Below, one piece after another: positions 1 to 11,114 of a stretch of DNA of 64,000 nucleotides. Each line of letters opens with the position of its first letter. Within the stretch, counting starts at the first letter, position 1. A program made the position numbers and the translations under genes. Under the pieces are notes generated by a model. That model had not been told where the DNA came from. It searched no databases and saw only the letters and a program-made list of their open reading frames with translations. This stretch comes from Octopus vulgaris (taxonomy: Eukaryota), in the NCBI GenBank assembly GCA_951406725.2, contig OX597822.1, positions 20,584,001 to 20,648,000 on the forward strand, read 5' to 3'.

Positions 1-639
1 CGTCATGGTACAGAAAAATACGACAAATTCTTTAAACGGGGGAAAACAATGACTTGTGAGAGGATGAACAAATTATCCAAAAATGAGATGAGGGGCTTAA
101 AACGTCTTACAATTTATAATTGAACGAATTAAAAATTGATAAAATTCAAATATTTACATGGAATAAGTAAAAATAAACAAAATCATTGAAACAAGGCATC
201 TCTACAAAAATGTTAAAATACATTCTTTTCTTCTTGCTTTGTTCATAGTTGTTGATTCTAAAATCTGTCGTGAAGAGTCAAGCAAGGGCTTCGTATTATT
301 TTTAGTTACACTCTGGATCTTTAAAACATGATAAATCATGAAGTTCGTCTAAAATTTTTTCTTGTATTCTGTATATTTTATGCTTCTTAAAATGTGATCT
401 TATTTCCTTCGATCCTTGCTTTGTCTAGAAATTTCTTGTGCAGATTATTTAAGAGTCACATTAGAACTTTATTATTCTCTCGAATGACTGTGAAAGTCAT
501 TTTGGTTAGGTAGAAGTTGGTTCCACTTCACATTATATTGGCTCTCCTTCATAAAATGCATGTTCTGCCTCAGGCGACAATGTCTCCCCTTCTGTGGAGA
601 TGTATAAATTTCACTTCGTATTATTTTTAGTTACACTTT

Positions 640-1034
640 TACACCTTTACTCTTTTACTTGCTTCAGTCATTTGACTGCGGCCATGCTGGAGCACCGCCT
701 TTAGTCGAGTAAATCGACCACAGGACTTATTCTTTGTACGTATTCTATTGGTCTCTTTGCCGAACTGCTAAGTTACGGGGACGTAAACACACCAGCATCG
801 GTTGTCAAGCGATGTTGGGGGGACAAACACAGACACACAAACACACACACACATATATATATATACATATACATATATACGACGGGCTTCTTTCAGTTTC
901 CGTCTACCAAATCCACTCACAAGGCCCGAGGCTATAGTAGAAGACACTTACCCAAGGTGCTACGCAGTGAGACTGGACCCGGAACCATGTGGTTGGTAAG
1001 CAAGCTACTTACCACACAGCCACTCCTGCGCCTA
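640..1034 (-). mobile_element. tRNA-derived SINE, family A (near full length, internal CA/TA microsatellite)
   Basis: Minus strand begins GGCGCAGGAGTGGCTGTGTGGTAAG (A-box-like), then a B-box-like GGTCCAGTC and a CORE-like CACCTTGGGTAAGTGTCTT; the tail is ...ATGACTGAAGCAAGTAAAAGAG. More than 15 related copies occur in the window. Confidence 0.85.
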
Positions 1035-1599
1035 TATGTTATGAATGCTTGTTATGAATTTTTGCTCTATTTATTTCTATTTGGCCACTATGTCTAGCAT
1101 GTAGAGCGACTACGTAGTGGATCATTAGGGAATCAAAGTTTTGGGACAGCACTTCTTTAGTCACATGGTGAAAATCAAATTTAAATATTTTAAATAAATC
1201 TCAACTATTCCAAAACGATACTTACTTGTACAGTAAAGCGTTATCAAAATATAATCAAAAGTCTTTGTAAATTTCTGGCGTACAAATTCAAAATTTTCAC
1301 ATCGGTTAAGACAAACAAAGCACATTAGCAATAAAGCTTTATGTAGAATGTGCAATACTGAGGTAAGTGCGCATACAGTCTATTTAACAAAGGCATTCTA
1401 CTGCAGATAAATATAGAAGTATGGTGCTGTAATAAACTCAAATCGCAGCAGATTATCAAAGTATTTTTTTCTCTTAACAAAATAACAACATAAGAACTAC
1501 TGCTGGCAGCATATATTCCGAGCGATGTCCATTGAGGAGAACTTATTAATAGGGAATTTTTCATCAATTGCAGTTCATTTGAAACTACATAAAGCAAAA

Positions 1600-2400
1600 T
1601 GCACACCACTAAAAAAGAAAATACTATTGCTCTATCCTAACAGAAAGAACCAATAGAAGACATATGCAGTCAGGATTTAGGTTGTTCTACCTTATAATAA
1701 ACGACAAGATTTAATTTTATCACAAATTTTAGAATTAATTCCTGCCGTGAAAACTTATCTGACATGTTGCATCAGTAAAAAAAATTTTGAGTGATGTGAA
1801 TATTAACATTAAAAACTGTTTTACTATTGCAACAAACGGGGGATCAAACTATTGCGACATTAATATCTTCTTTACACGTTACCGAAATTAGATAATCCAA
1901 ACTAGATTCTCCAACAATGCATTTGCCATTTTCTCCAATTACCACGTTCCCATGCTGTTGAAGCAATGCATTCTAACATTGACTATCTGAAAAGAGAAAC
2001 TTACAACTATTGCACAGATCAACGCAACGAAGATAATCGTTCTTGGAAATATATAAATTAATCAACGATAGTGAGGCACCATTGAAAATGATTCACCTTT
2101 AAACCATAAGATGGTCGGTTAGCGAGAAGTAACTACGTAAAAAGAATTCTTAGCCAGTGGGATGTGTTAAAATTACATTTTCGAATGTCATCTTGCTGTT
2201 AAGATAAGTCTTAGAGAATTACATACTATGCACTCGGATGCAACTAATGAACTTTATTTAATATTTATGAAACCTGTCTGTAGACAGTGAATTTAAAGAA
2301 ATTAATTTGCTGTTCCAAAGAGAAATGGTGGATCACTGCAGTAGTTTGGGTGAACTACGCGGTTTCGCTTACAAGATTAATTTATGCTTACAAGAATATT
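1600..2400 (+). pseudogene. Decayed hAT-superfamily transposase fragment
   Basis: Manual translation gives IATNGGSNYC (DG-like, ~1825-1855), QCICHFLQL (CxxH at 1918-1929), RETYNY and RILSQWDVLKLHF (2143-2181), in the order expected for hAT transposases, with frameshifts and stops. Confidence 0.65.
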
Positions 2401-2774
2401 ATATTTTCAATATGTGAAGCTTGAAACTAATTCGACATTCCAATTTCCGACATCCATTCACAGCACTTCTCTTGCAGAAAAAAAGACCATGGATTTGTGC
2501 TTTGACCAGCAAAATCAAAACAAGTTCCTCAAGAGCCAGGAAACTTTGTACAAAAATATAAGACATCTAAGTTTGTTTTTTTTTTAGAGGGGGGGGTGTA
2601 ATGAACTCTTGCATCTTACCCTAAAATTATTGAAACACTTCAAAAGATTAAAAAACAAAAGAAAAGAAATTCACAAGAGCTTATGGCAAACGCATCCAGT
2701 TTTTATAATTCTCTGTCTTTAGCTTTTGCAGATCAATCTAAAATTAGAGGAATATTGAACCAGTGATACAAACT

Positions 2775-2950
2775 GCTTGTATCGGTGTTGGTGTATTTAC
2801 GTTCCCGTAATTTAGCGGTTCGGCAAAAGAAACCGATAGAACCAGGGCCAGGCTTTAAAAAAAGTCCTGGGGTCGATTTGTTCGACTAAAGCTTTTCAAG
2901 GCTGTACCCCAGCATAGCCGTATGCAAATGACTGAAATAAGTAAAAGATA
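2775..2950 (+). mobile_element. SINE family A, 3' half
   Basis: TTAGCGGTTCGGCAAAAGAAACCGATAGAA...GTCCTGGGGTCGATTTGTTCGACTAAA...ATGACTGAAATAAGTAAAAGA matches the other copies. Confidence 0.8.
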
Positions 2951-4431
2951 AACGATAAATTTTATGCGTATGAAAAAATTCCTATTGGCAGATCATAATG
3001 TTGGTAAGCAGTAGTAGCAGCACCTAAAGACGTCTGTAGTGAGCCTAGAATTCTAAATGTACGGAATACGCACTAAACTTCCCCACATTGGACAATTTTG
3101 CTTATTCCAGGAAAATGAGATGAAATAAATTATTCTCTCAAGATCTAGGGAAGTGAAATGCAAAAATTTCAATAATTTCAAATAAATAAACTGTATGTAG
3201 ATGAAGTGTTTAATTATTTAGGATAAAACTCCAGTGAAATAAGATATATTGCTCCCTGGTTGGTAGGTATGAAATAGCATTAGTGACAGGAATATATACT
3301 AAATTTTTTTTATTACCTTTTGAAGTACTTGAACGTAAGTGAAAAATTTATTGCTGAGCGTTTTTATACAGAAACAAAGACCATCAATAAGTTTTAGCGA
3401 CATAAATACATATTTAATAAATATTAGCTTAGTATCATCACATGGTAGTTGAAATTTAATGAACCCAAAATAAATATTATGAAAACGAATTTTTATAATA
3501 AGAGTTTAGAAAATGAAGGTGATTGATGCTGCGATCTGGTTCTTGATTTAGTTATAAAATTTCCTGCTACGGAAAACATCTCTTTACTGCTAAAGTACAA
3601 CTAGCAACAAATAGATTTTTGTGAAATTTTTTTCTCTGTTGCTTCTTTTGATCTGTTGCCTCGAAGATATTGAGTTCCATTAAGAGGTTTTTCGGAACTG
3701 TTCATTAGCTTGCTAATAAATATCTTTGATTTTTCAACACCACCCGATTAATCAACTGCGATTTCGAATATGTCGAGGGTTTTTTGAGTATCTTCGTTTG
3801 TCTCACAAGATGTAAATTTGACAGATCCAACAAAACGGCAATATAATATGTTTTGCGATTGTCTCTCACAGACTTTTTGGTAAACTCACCTCTTGATACA
3901 AATTTCCAGCGAGACGAATTTTGTGATTATTTCTACACATTTTGATAATTAAAAAACATATATTATAAGAGGTATACTTGCCATCTCAATAGGGTGGGTG
4001 TTACTGTAGCTTGAAGCCCCAGGAGAACATCGTCTCCAGCTTGCTTTCGGCACACTTTCTGTGCCCTTATGGTATTTGCAAAGGAAGGTCATCCCTCCCC
4101 CGTCAACCTAAGTGATACGCACGGACTGCAGTTCCTAGGTATTTATCTGTCTTCAGCGTGCGTCAATCACCGTTTTCGATTAATTCTTTATTATGATTAT
4201 AAAATCAGTACATAGAAGAACAATACAGGACATACATACAAAAAACAGTTAAGTGGTTCGTTTAAAAATTTCCAAAATATATGGATTATTCATTATACAA
4301 AACACTGTGTTTAAATTGTCCTTTGCATTAACTAATATAACATTACATTAGATTGAAATCTTACCGATATATTTTAAACCTCGGCAACCTATAAGGCCCC
4401 GCAGCTTTCCTTTCCTCTTCTCCATCCATAG

Positions 4432-6728
4432 TTAAACTGGGTTTCTGACACCCACCTTTTTCGCCACTTCCTTCCATCTTTTTTTATACACACCTCGTGG
4501 TAAGGTCTTCTTTTCCAGCCCCATTTTGCTCTTCAGATGATATCTGAAGTAAGTGAGCAAGCCAGGGCCTGAGACAAAGGATCCTATTGCGACTCCTTCC
4601 ATTTTAGTACGCCACATGCATTCTTTTACTACTGCAACCGTGCAGTGAAAACATGCCTCACCTTCCTTCGAGAGTCCAGTTGGCGGTATCATCTTAATCA
4701 TAGACTCAGCCGACAGCTGTACTCGTCCCAGATGCGATAACACGTGTTCTGCGTAACTTATCAAGTCTGACAACTGCCTACAGTGTACAAAAGCGTGCTG
4801 GGCGGTTTCATCGTCCAACCCGCATCTTGGACATGTCGGTGGCACTGAAATTCCGTGCCGCGATAACTTCTCGCGAACAGGTAAAGCATTCCTATAACAC
4901 TGCCAGGCCAGGGATCTTTGGAAATTATCCAAATACCCCATCCTGAAAGTCTTTTTAAACAAGTTGGTAAGCTGGTCTTCGTCGAACCCCAGAGCCCCTC
5001 CTAGGACGTCGTCGTTCTTTGCCTCTACCAGCCTGCTATAAAATACCGAGGTGGTATTTCCGCAGCCGGCCTTGCTCGCCTTGTGGATCAGCGTGAGTGC
5101 CTGTCGGCACTCATTTTGCCATAAAGTCAGATTTCGTCTTTTGATGCAACCGGGTTTAAAATTCACTAAGGAAGCCGGTCTCGGGAAAAATTCCCCTGCC
5201 AGCGGACTCCAAACCTTATCATCCTCCAGGTGGTGCCAGAGATGCTTCAGCCTCAACGCATGTCTGCGCATCATCAACCAAGGCATTCCTAACCCACCCT
5301 TTAACGGTTCCTGGCAGCAAACGGAGCGCCTCACAAGTGGCTTTCCTCCCTTCCACAAAAAGCGGAAAAGGATTCGCTCCAACTTGCTAAGCCATGAATC
5401 AGGGCAAGGGATAACGGTCCGGCGGTAAGTGATTACAGATGCAATGAACATCTGTACCACCTCCGCCCTTCCTTTCAAGGACAGAAACCTTCCGGACCAG
5501 GTCCGTACTATGGCCTCCACCTTGTCCGTCACCTCACTCCAATTCCTCTTCGTTTGGGAGTCTGGCCCAAACCAAACTCCTAGCAACTTAACAGGACCAT
5601 CTGTCCAGTGTCCCACGGCACTGGACGATATCGACTTGCTCCTCCAGGTGCCGAGGCGTAAGCCAATCGACTTGTCCTTGTTAACTTTTGCTTCTGCCAT
5701 CGCCTCGTATCTTCTGATAGCATCTTCTACACAAGGTAGCTGAGCCTCATTGGACACGATGAGGGTGACGTCATCCGCATAAGCAGAAACCGTCCTCCCG
5801 CCTCCGATCTCATCCGGGTTACTTCCTAGCCTCTCCAACTTTCGCAGCAATGGCTCGAGAGCCAACACGTACAAAAGTGGTGACAAGGGGCACCCTTGAC
5901 GAACTGAACATTCGATCGAAAACGGTTCCGTTAGGTAACCGTTTATCTGGACGGTGGACTTGATGCCGCTATACATAGCGGAGATCCACCCGCGAAATTC
6001 AGGGCCCAGTCCAGCCGCTTCGAGGACCGTCGCCAGGTACTTATGGTCTACCCTATCGAACGCTTTACTTTGGTCTAAATGGACCATTACCCCGCCCTTG
6101 CCGGTTAATTTACCCACCCTATCTAAGGTGTAGCGTATAAGGTGAAGATTGTCCTGGATCGACCTGCCTGGAATTGCACATGTCTGTGCTTTCCCTACAA
6201 GTTTCTCCATGACAGTCGTCAACCTTTTTGCCAACACCTTGGCCAAAATCTTAACTTTACATTAAGTAGAGTTATGGGCCTGTAATTACTAATGTTATCC
6301 CCCTTGCTCGGGTCTTTATGGATTAGCGTCACCACTCCCCGGCTTACAGAACTGGGAATTCTCCCGTTCTGCTGCCAGTTCGCGTAGACGCCTGCCAGTA
6401 TTCCCCCGAACAAGTCCGGCATACTTTGATAAAACTCGTAGGGCAGACCATCCAACCCCGGCGACTTCTCCCCGGCGCATCCGGCCAGTACCCCCTCTAT
6501 CTCCGCGAGAGTGATCGCTCCTTCACAGCACTCCACCTCACGCCCCGAGAGCCGCGGTCCGCCGGCTAGGAAGTCCTTTAAGGCCCTCCCCCGCTCCAGC
6601 GACCCCCCGAACGCGCGGGCGAAATGCTGGTGAAGAAACTTTTGCATCTCCTCCTGTCCATAGATCTTGTGTCCCTGTTCATCAGTTAAAGACTTGATTG
6701 AAGCTTTGTTACCTCTCTGACTCTCCAC
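4432..6728 (-). pseudogene. LINE ORF2 reverse transcriptase plus C-terminal CCHC (zf-RVT-like); frameshift near 6250; no APE endonuclease
   Basis: KSPGLDGLPYEFY, NYRPITLLN, LDQSKAFDRVDH, VRQGCPLSPLLY, AYADDV, KLLGV, GGLGMP and CPRCGLDDETAQHAFVHC. The layout is typical of L1/Tx1 ORF2, split over ORFs 6219-6728 and 4432-6246. Confidence 0.9.
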
Positions 6729-6750
6729 TCGACGGGCCCATCCGGCAACG

Positions 6751-7563
6751 TTAATACCTTCTCGTTTCCCAGGAGAGGCTTAATACCTTCTCGTTTGAGG
6801 AGAGGCTTCGCTGTTTTTCTTTTTTTTTTATGCAGTTCGAGCGGATGTGACCCTTTTCCCCACATTTGAAACACCTAGTTCTGCGCCCCTCCACTGACAC
6901 TCTCATTGAAATTCCCTCTTCAATAAATACCCTATCGGGTAAGTTTTCTAGCACATTATTTTCTGCTTGAACGAGGAGTTCGAGCGCTTGTTCCTTCCAG
7001 TTTACCTCCCCTTTCTTTTTCATCTGCAGAATTGAGACTTTCTGCTCTACGTCGTGCATATCATATCCTCTTGGTATATCTTCCACATATATTTTCGCAG
7101 TTCTTTTGCCCATATAGGTAGGTAGTAACATAATGTCCTCATTTTTTAAGGTCATTGATGAAATTTCTCTTGCCACATCAGCCGAGTCGAAATGTGCTTC
7201 AACGGTAGCGCTGCGAGCACCTCGACCGACGTAGCGAATTTTGCTCCACACCGGGGACAAGCACTTCTCTACTATTTCGTTCTTCACGTCCATTATTTTT
7301 TTCTCTTTGTTACTGTAAACCTTGTACACGACTGTCTTGGCCTTTATTCCCTGTAATATCGCTTGCGGCGGTACCAGTTTTATTTCATTGCCTTCCATTT
7401 TGACCAAGTTCCGGTATTCGAACAACTGTTCTATTTTGAATTCCACTTCCGTTACGGTTCCACCCACTGCGGCCGAAAAAGACTGTTTTCTAACCTCGAT
7501 ATCCTTCAGTTCGCCTTTTCCCATCACGGGAAAGTCGCTCCTCGACGCCAAGTCAAACTCCAT
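6751..7563 (-). CDS. LINE ORF1 (gag-like nucleic-acid-binding protein with CCHC zinc knuckle), C-terminally truncated
   Basis: 270-aa ATG ORF directly upstream of ORF2 containing RCFKCGEKGHIRSNC. Confidence 0.8.
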   Translation of the reverse strand: MEFDLASRSDFPVMGKGELKDIEVRKQSFSAAVGGTVTEVEFKIEQLFEYRNLVKMEGNEIKLVPPQAILQGIKAKTVVYKVYSNKEKKIMDVKNEIVEKCLSPVWSKIRYVGRGARSATVEAHFDSADVAREISSMTLKNEDIMLLPTYMGKRTAKIYVEDIPRGYDMHDVEQKVSILQMKKKGEVNWKEQALELLVQAENNVLENLPDRVFIEEGISMRVSVEGRRTRCFKCGEKGHIRSNCIKKKEKQRSLSSNEKVLSLSWETRRY

Positions 7564-8352
7564 TTCTTAAATTATGAGAACCAATTTTTCAGAAAAATTA
7601 CCCCGAAGGTAATAACAATGTTTATACACAGAATTTTCAGCCCGTAGGGCGAAAATTACTGTCACACAACGGACAACTGTTCAAATTCACGAGCAAACAC
7701 AAACAACGACGAACAAAAAACGGACTCACTCAACAAAATAGGCTACTAACTTCTCAATACGCCGATGAAAGAGGGGTCCCTAGACGAGTGACAAACCACC
7801 GGTTTTCGATGAAGGGAGTCCCAATGCAAATCCTTATATGGTTTTTCCAGTAACTTTTCATCACTGATCTCGAAAAACTGTATGCAAGCAATAATAAATC
7901 TCTGAACGAGATATAAACAGTAACTGCACGACAATATGATGTATACTTGCCATCTCAACCGCTAAGGGTGGGTGTTACTGTAGCTTGTAGCCCCAGGAGA
8001 ACATCGTCTCCAGCGGTTAGCCATATTCAGATGTCAAGTATACATCATATTGTCGTACAGTTACTGTTTGTATCTCGTTCAGAGATTTATTATATATTAT
8101 AAGGTTTACTGACAAGTTGCCGTTTCTTGCTCATTGCTATTTCCAATGAGTTTTTCAATTGTAACAGTTGACTTTTCAACCTTATGCTCCTTCTGTAAAT
8201 ATCGAATAAACCCACTATATTCCACTTCTACTTTATATTGTTTACAGTTTCTAAGACCAAACTAATTCATAAAATATTCCGAAACATATGATTCCGACAT
8301 TATTGTTTGAAAGTATTCAATCCAAACAAAATATGAAACGCACAGTCTAAAT

Positions 8353-8902
8353 CACAGTGTCCCAACCTTTTCTACTCTGAGGTACCTTTGCCAAGTCTTT
8401 CAGAAATCCATCGTACCCCTAATAGAAAATCTAATATGACAGTTGTTTTTTATTCAACATCAATATAACAAAACTTTGTCCCTGGATAATGACATCTGTG
8501 TAAGAAAACTGTCCCTGGAATTGATAGAAAAGGTTTTTCTTTATTTCACCAATGTTGAAATAATAAACATAAAATAGATGACAATACAAAAATGTAATAA
8601 ACAACAATTCAACATATAAGATGACAATATTCTTTTATACTCTAGGCATAAGGCCCGAAATTTTATGGGAGGGGACCAGTCGATTAGATCGACCACAGTA
8701 CGCAACTGGTACTTAATTTATCGACTCCGAAAGTATGAAAGGCAAAGTCGATCTTGGCAGGATATAAGATGGCCATATTATTTATTGTTAAAATGGTATC
8801 AAAATGTATTTCTAACTCTAAATGATCAATCATGATACCACATACGTATGTATATTTCGCAGCACCCACTGGGTGTTGTGGCACACCGGTTGGGAACCTG
8901 TG
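8353..8902. mobile_element. hAT (Charlie-like) MITE with 8-bp TSD, containing a SINE insertion
   Basis: TIRs CACAGTGTCCCAACC / GGTTGGGAACCTGTG (13/15 match); TSD GTCTAAAT at 8345-8352 and 8903-8910. Confidence 0.85.
8632..8761 (-). mobile_element. SINE family B, truncated, inside the hAT MITE
   Basis: GGTACTTAATTTATCGACTCCGAAAGTATGAAAGGCAAAGTCGA central domain; flanked by near-duplicated ATATAAGATG. Confidence 0.75.
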
Positions 8903-8917
8903 GTCTAAATAATACTA

Positions 8918-9250
8918 TACGAGGTTTGATCTAAAAGTATTGAGACTGATGCTATAAAAAGAAAGCCGCAACACATATCGATACCACATTTAATTTCCTT
9001 CAAAGTTGTCCCTTTCTGAGGCCACTCATTTTTGGGACAGCGAGTAGCTGTCTCGTTGCATTCACTTAGGCATCCTCGATATCTTAAAATCTTGTTGGAG
9101 GTCTTCCATTGCAAAGACTGAGTCTTCGTTTCGGTGTCATAGCCGTAGACACAATTCGTCGACTGTAATAACCGTTTACAAAACGTTTGCATTTTCCTTG
9201 ACACAATCAAGGAGATCTTGTGCAGCTGAAGCCCAATCTGTTTTGCTTGT
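8918..9250 (-). mobile_element. mariner transposon remnant (TIR plus catalytic-domain fragment)
   Basis: TA+CGAGGTTTGATCTAAAAGTATTGAGAC TIR; CVYGYDTETKTQSLQWK resembles the mariner W-YD-ETK-QS-W motif. Confidence 0.7.
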
Positions 9251-9390
9251 CATTTGTTTATCATTCAATCTATATAAATTTTTAACTGTTCACCTCTGTG
9301 TAAAAGCCATCGACACCTCCCTCGTTTGTACCGTCCCTCTATGTTTGGCCCCCTGTGGGCAATAAAGAAATCATTGTTACAATCATCTGA

Positions 9391-9628
9391 AATGGAACTG
9401 TCAAAGCGCGATATTCAAGCAATTTTGCTATTCAACTTCAAAAAAGGACGTAAAGCAGCTGAAACTGTTCGTGATAGCAACGAAATATTTGGCGAGGAAC
9501 TGACCAGTGAGTGGTTAGCTCGAAAATGATTTAAACGATTTCTTAGTGGAGAACTGATCCTTGAAGGTCGTGAGCGTAGTGAGCGCTCATCTGTCATCGA
9601 TGACGGTCAATTAAAGACCGTCATTGAG
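9391..9628 (+). pseudogene. mariner transposase N-terminal HTH fragment
   Basis: MELSKRDIQAILLFNFKKGRKAAETVRDSNEIFGE...*FKRFLSG...ERSERS, resembling the N-terminus of mariner-family transposases. Confidence 0.75.
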
Positions 9629-9962
9629 TGAAGTGAAGTGAAGTGAAGTGAAGCGAAGCGGTTGGCTGGTGGCGGTGAGCAGTCATCCCTACGGAGCTCA
9701 AATCAAGCGACCCTAAGCCCATGGACCCTAAGTAAGCCATGTGTAAAATTTGAATGTAATTGGTTGTGTAGTTCTCAAGTTTTAGGGATTCACGCAGACA
9801 AACAGACATGCATTCTCAGTTTTATATATATAGATATGTATTATATATGTATGTATATATGTATGCATATATACAAATTTGAATGTTTGTGTGTGTCTAC
9901 AAAAAGTTAAACATGCATATACACAGAGAGACATTGAAATGTATTCATAAACACATCTACTC

Positions 9963-10013
<51 letters not shown>

Positions 10014-10014
<1 letters not shown>

Positions 10015-10401
10015 TAGCAGTATCACCCGGTTTGCTTGGGTTTGTTTCGACCCTTTAGAATTGGAATTTTTGAAAAGTAAAAATTTTGCATTATGCAACT
10101 TGTTATTCTCTTCAAGTGAACATTTTTCCAGTTGAAATACACCGAAAAATGGTGACACAGCAGTCAAAAATCGTAAAAAATAGGGATTATCATAGAAAAA
10201 AAGCACCTTTTTGACGTAAATAATTTTGGGTGTTAACATGGTCCGATTTGAATTTTATCTTCTACAGAATGAAGAGCAAGCCTTCTTCTATCATACTCTC
10301 AATTTTGGTCAACTTGCGCAGCAGGGTCTCGAAGGAGATAGTGTTAGTTGAAGGCTACCAAACCTGCCCCATACAGACAACTTCAGCTTTATATATATAG
10401 A
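10014..10401 (-). mobile_element. Non-autonomous Helitron
   Basis: Minus strand starts TC(TATATATATAAAGCTGAAG) and ends with a GC-rich hairpin (CCCAAGCAAACCGGG) followed by CTAG; it lies between A and T. Confidence 0.7.
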
Positions 10402-10419
10402 TTTACTACACACTACTTT

Positions 10420-11114
10420 CCATCCTTAATAATGAAACTTGGTAGATCCAAAAGTTAAACACACACACACAGAGACACACACAGACACACAAGTTGAGTT
10501 TTATATATATATAGATTTCTCAACGGGGATTTGAGGGGTGAGTTTCAGGGAGTTGCTGGCGATGTATCGTGATGATCAAAAATCCGGCCTGCTAAAATTT
10601 GGCTAAAGTGATTCAAACTGCAGACTCAATGCAAAATGGTCACATTTAATTCAAAGCGTTAAAAATATTATGAAAACAATTGCTATGTGTTCACAAAGTC
10701 CAAACGATTAATACGAAAAAACCCTCCAGGCTACATCCCGAAAATTCATTTCTTTGCCGAATTTCTACAATGTTTACGGCGATTCGTTTTTATATCTTGA
10801 TTTTTCATTTTTCATGCAATTTATGCATGCTTGCACGCGTGGCGAACGCAGTTCACGTCAAACAGCTGACTGAGTAAAGTTCACTATTCAATGCATGGGA
10901 TAAGGCCTAAACAAACACACTATCGATTTTTGCACTTGCGAGATGAATTTCGAAACAGAAATAGTGCAGTTCAATTTTCATTCGCCTAAACTTTAAGTGA
11001 CCCATTTTGGTGGTTCTACGATTTATTGGCTAGGAGATGTGCCGGGAAGTTAAACACACAGACACACACACATATACACACACAAACACACAAGTTGAGT
11101 TATATATATATAGA
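10420..11114 (-). mobile_element. Further Helitron-like 5' segments (two TCTATATATATA..ACTCAACTTGTGTG termini)
   Basis: Repeated AAGTTAAACACAC...CAAGTTGAGTT(TA)nGAT ends at ~10515 and ~11114. Confidence 0.55.

Larger units (their letters stand above)
3972..8014 (-). mobile_element. Tx1/L1-clade non-LTR retrotransposon, internally deleted, bracketed by ~70-bp direct repeats
   Basis: ORF1 has a CCHC knuckle; ORF2 has RT and a C-terminal zinc finger; AATAAA lies on the minus strand at 4187-4192; direct repeats at 3972-4040 and 7941-8014. Confidence 0.85.

Noticed and set aside
289-637. 24-bp direct repeat CTTCGTATTATTTTTAGTTACACT (289-312, 614-637)
   Set aside because: Real, but the enclosed DNA has no element hallmarks; cannot be interpreted at the window edge.
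4035-4080. Hammerhead-like GGCAC/GTGCC-GAAA on the minus strand near the Tx1 flank
   Set aside because: The upstream core reads CCATAAG, lacking G5, and no stem I can be formed.
5051-5743. Plus-strand ORFs of 125 and 104 aa
   Set aside because: Antisense shadows of LINE ORF2 with no independent motifs.
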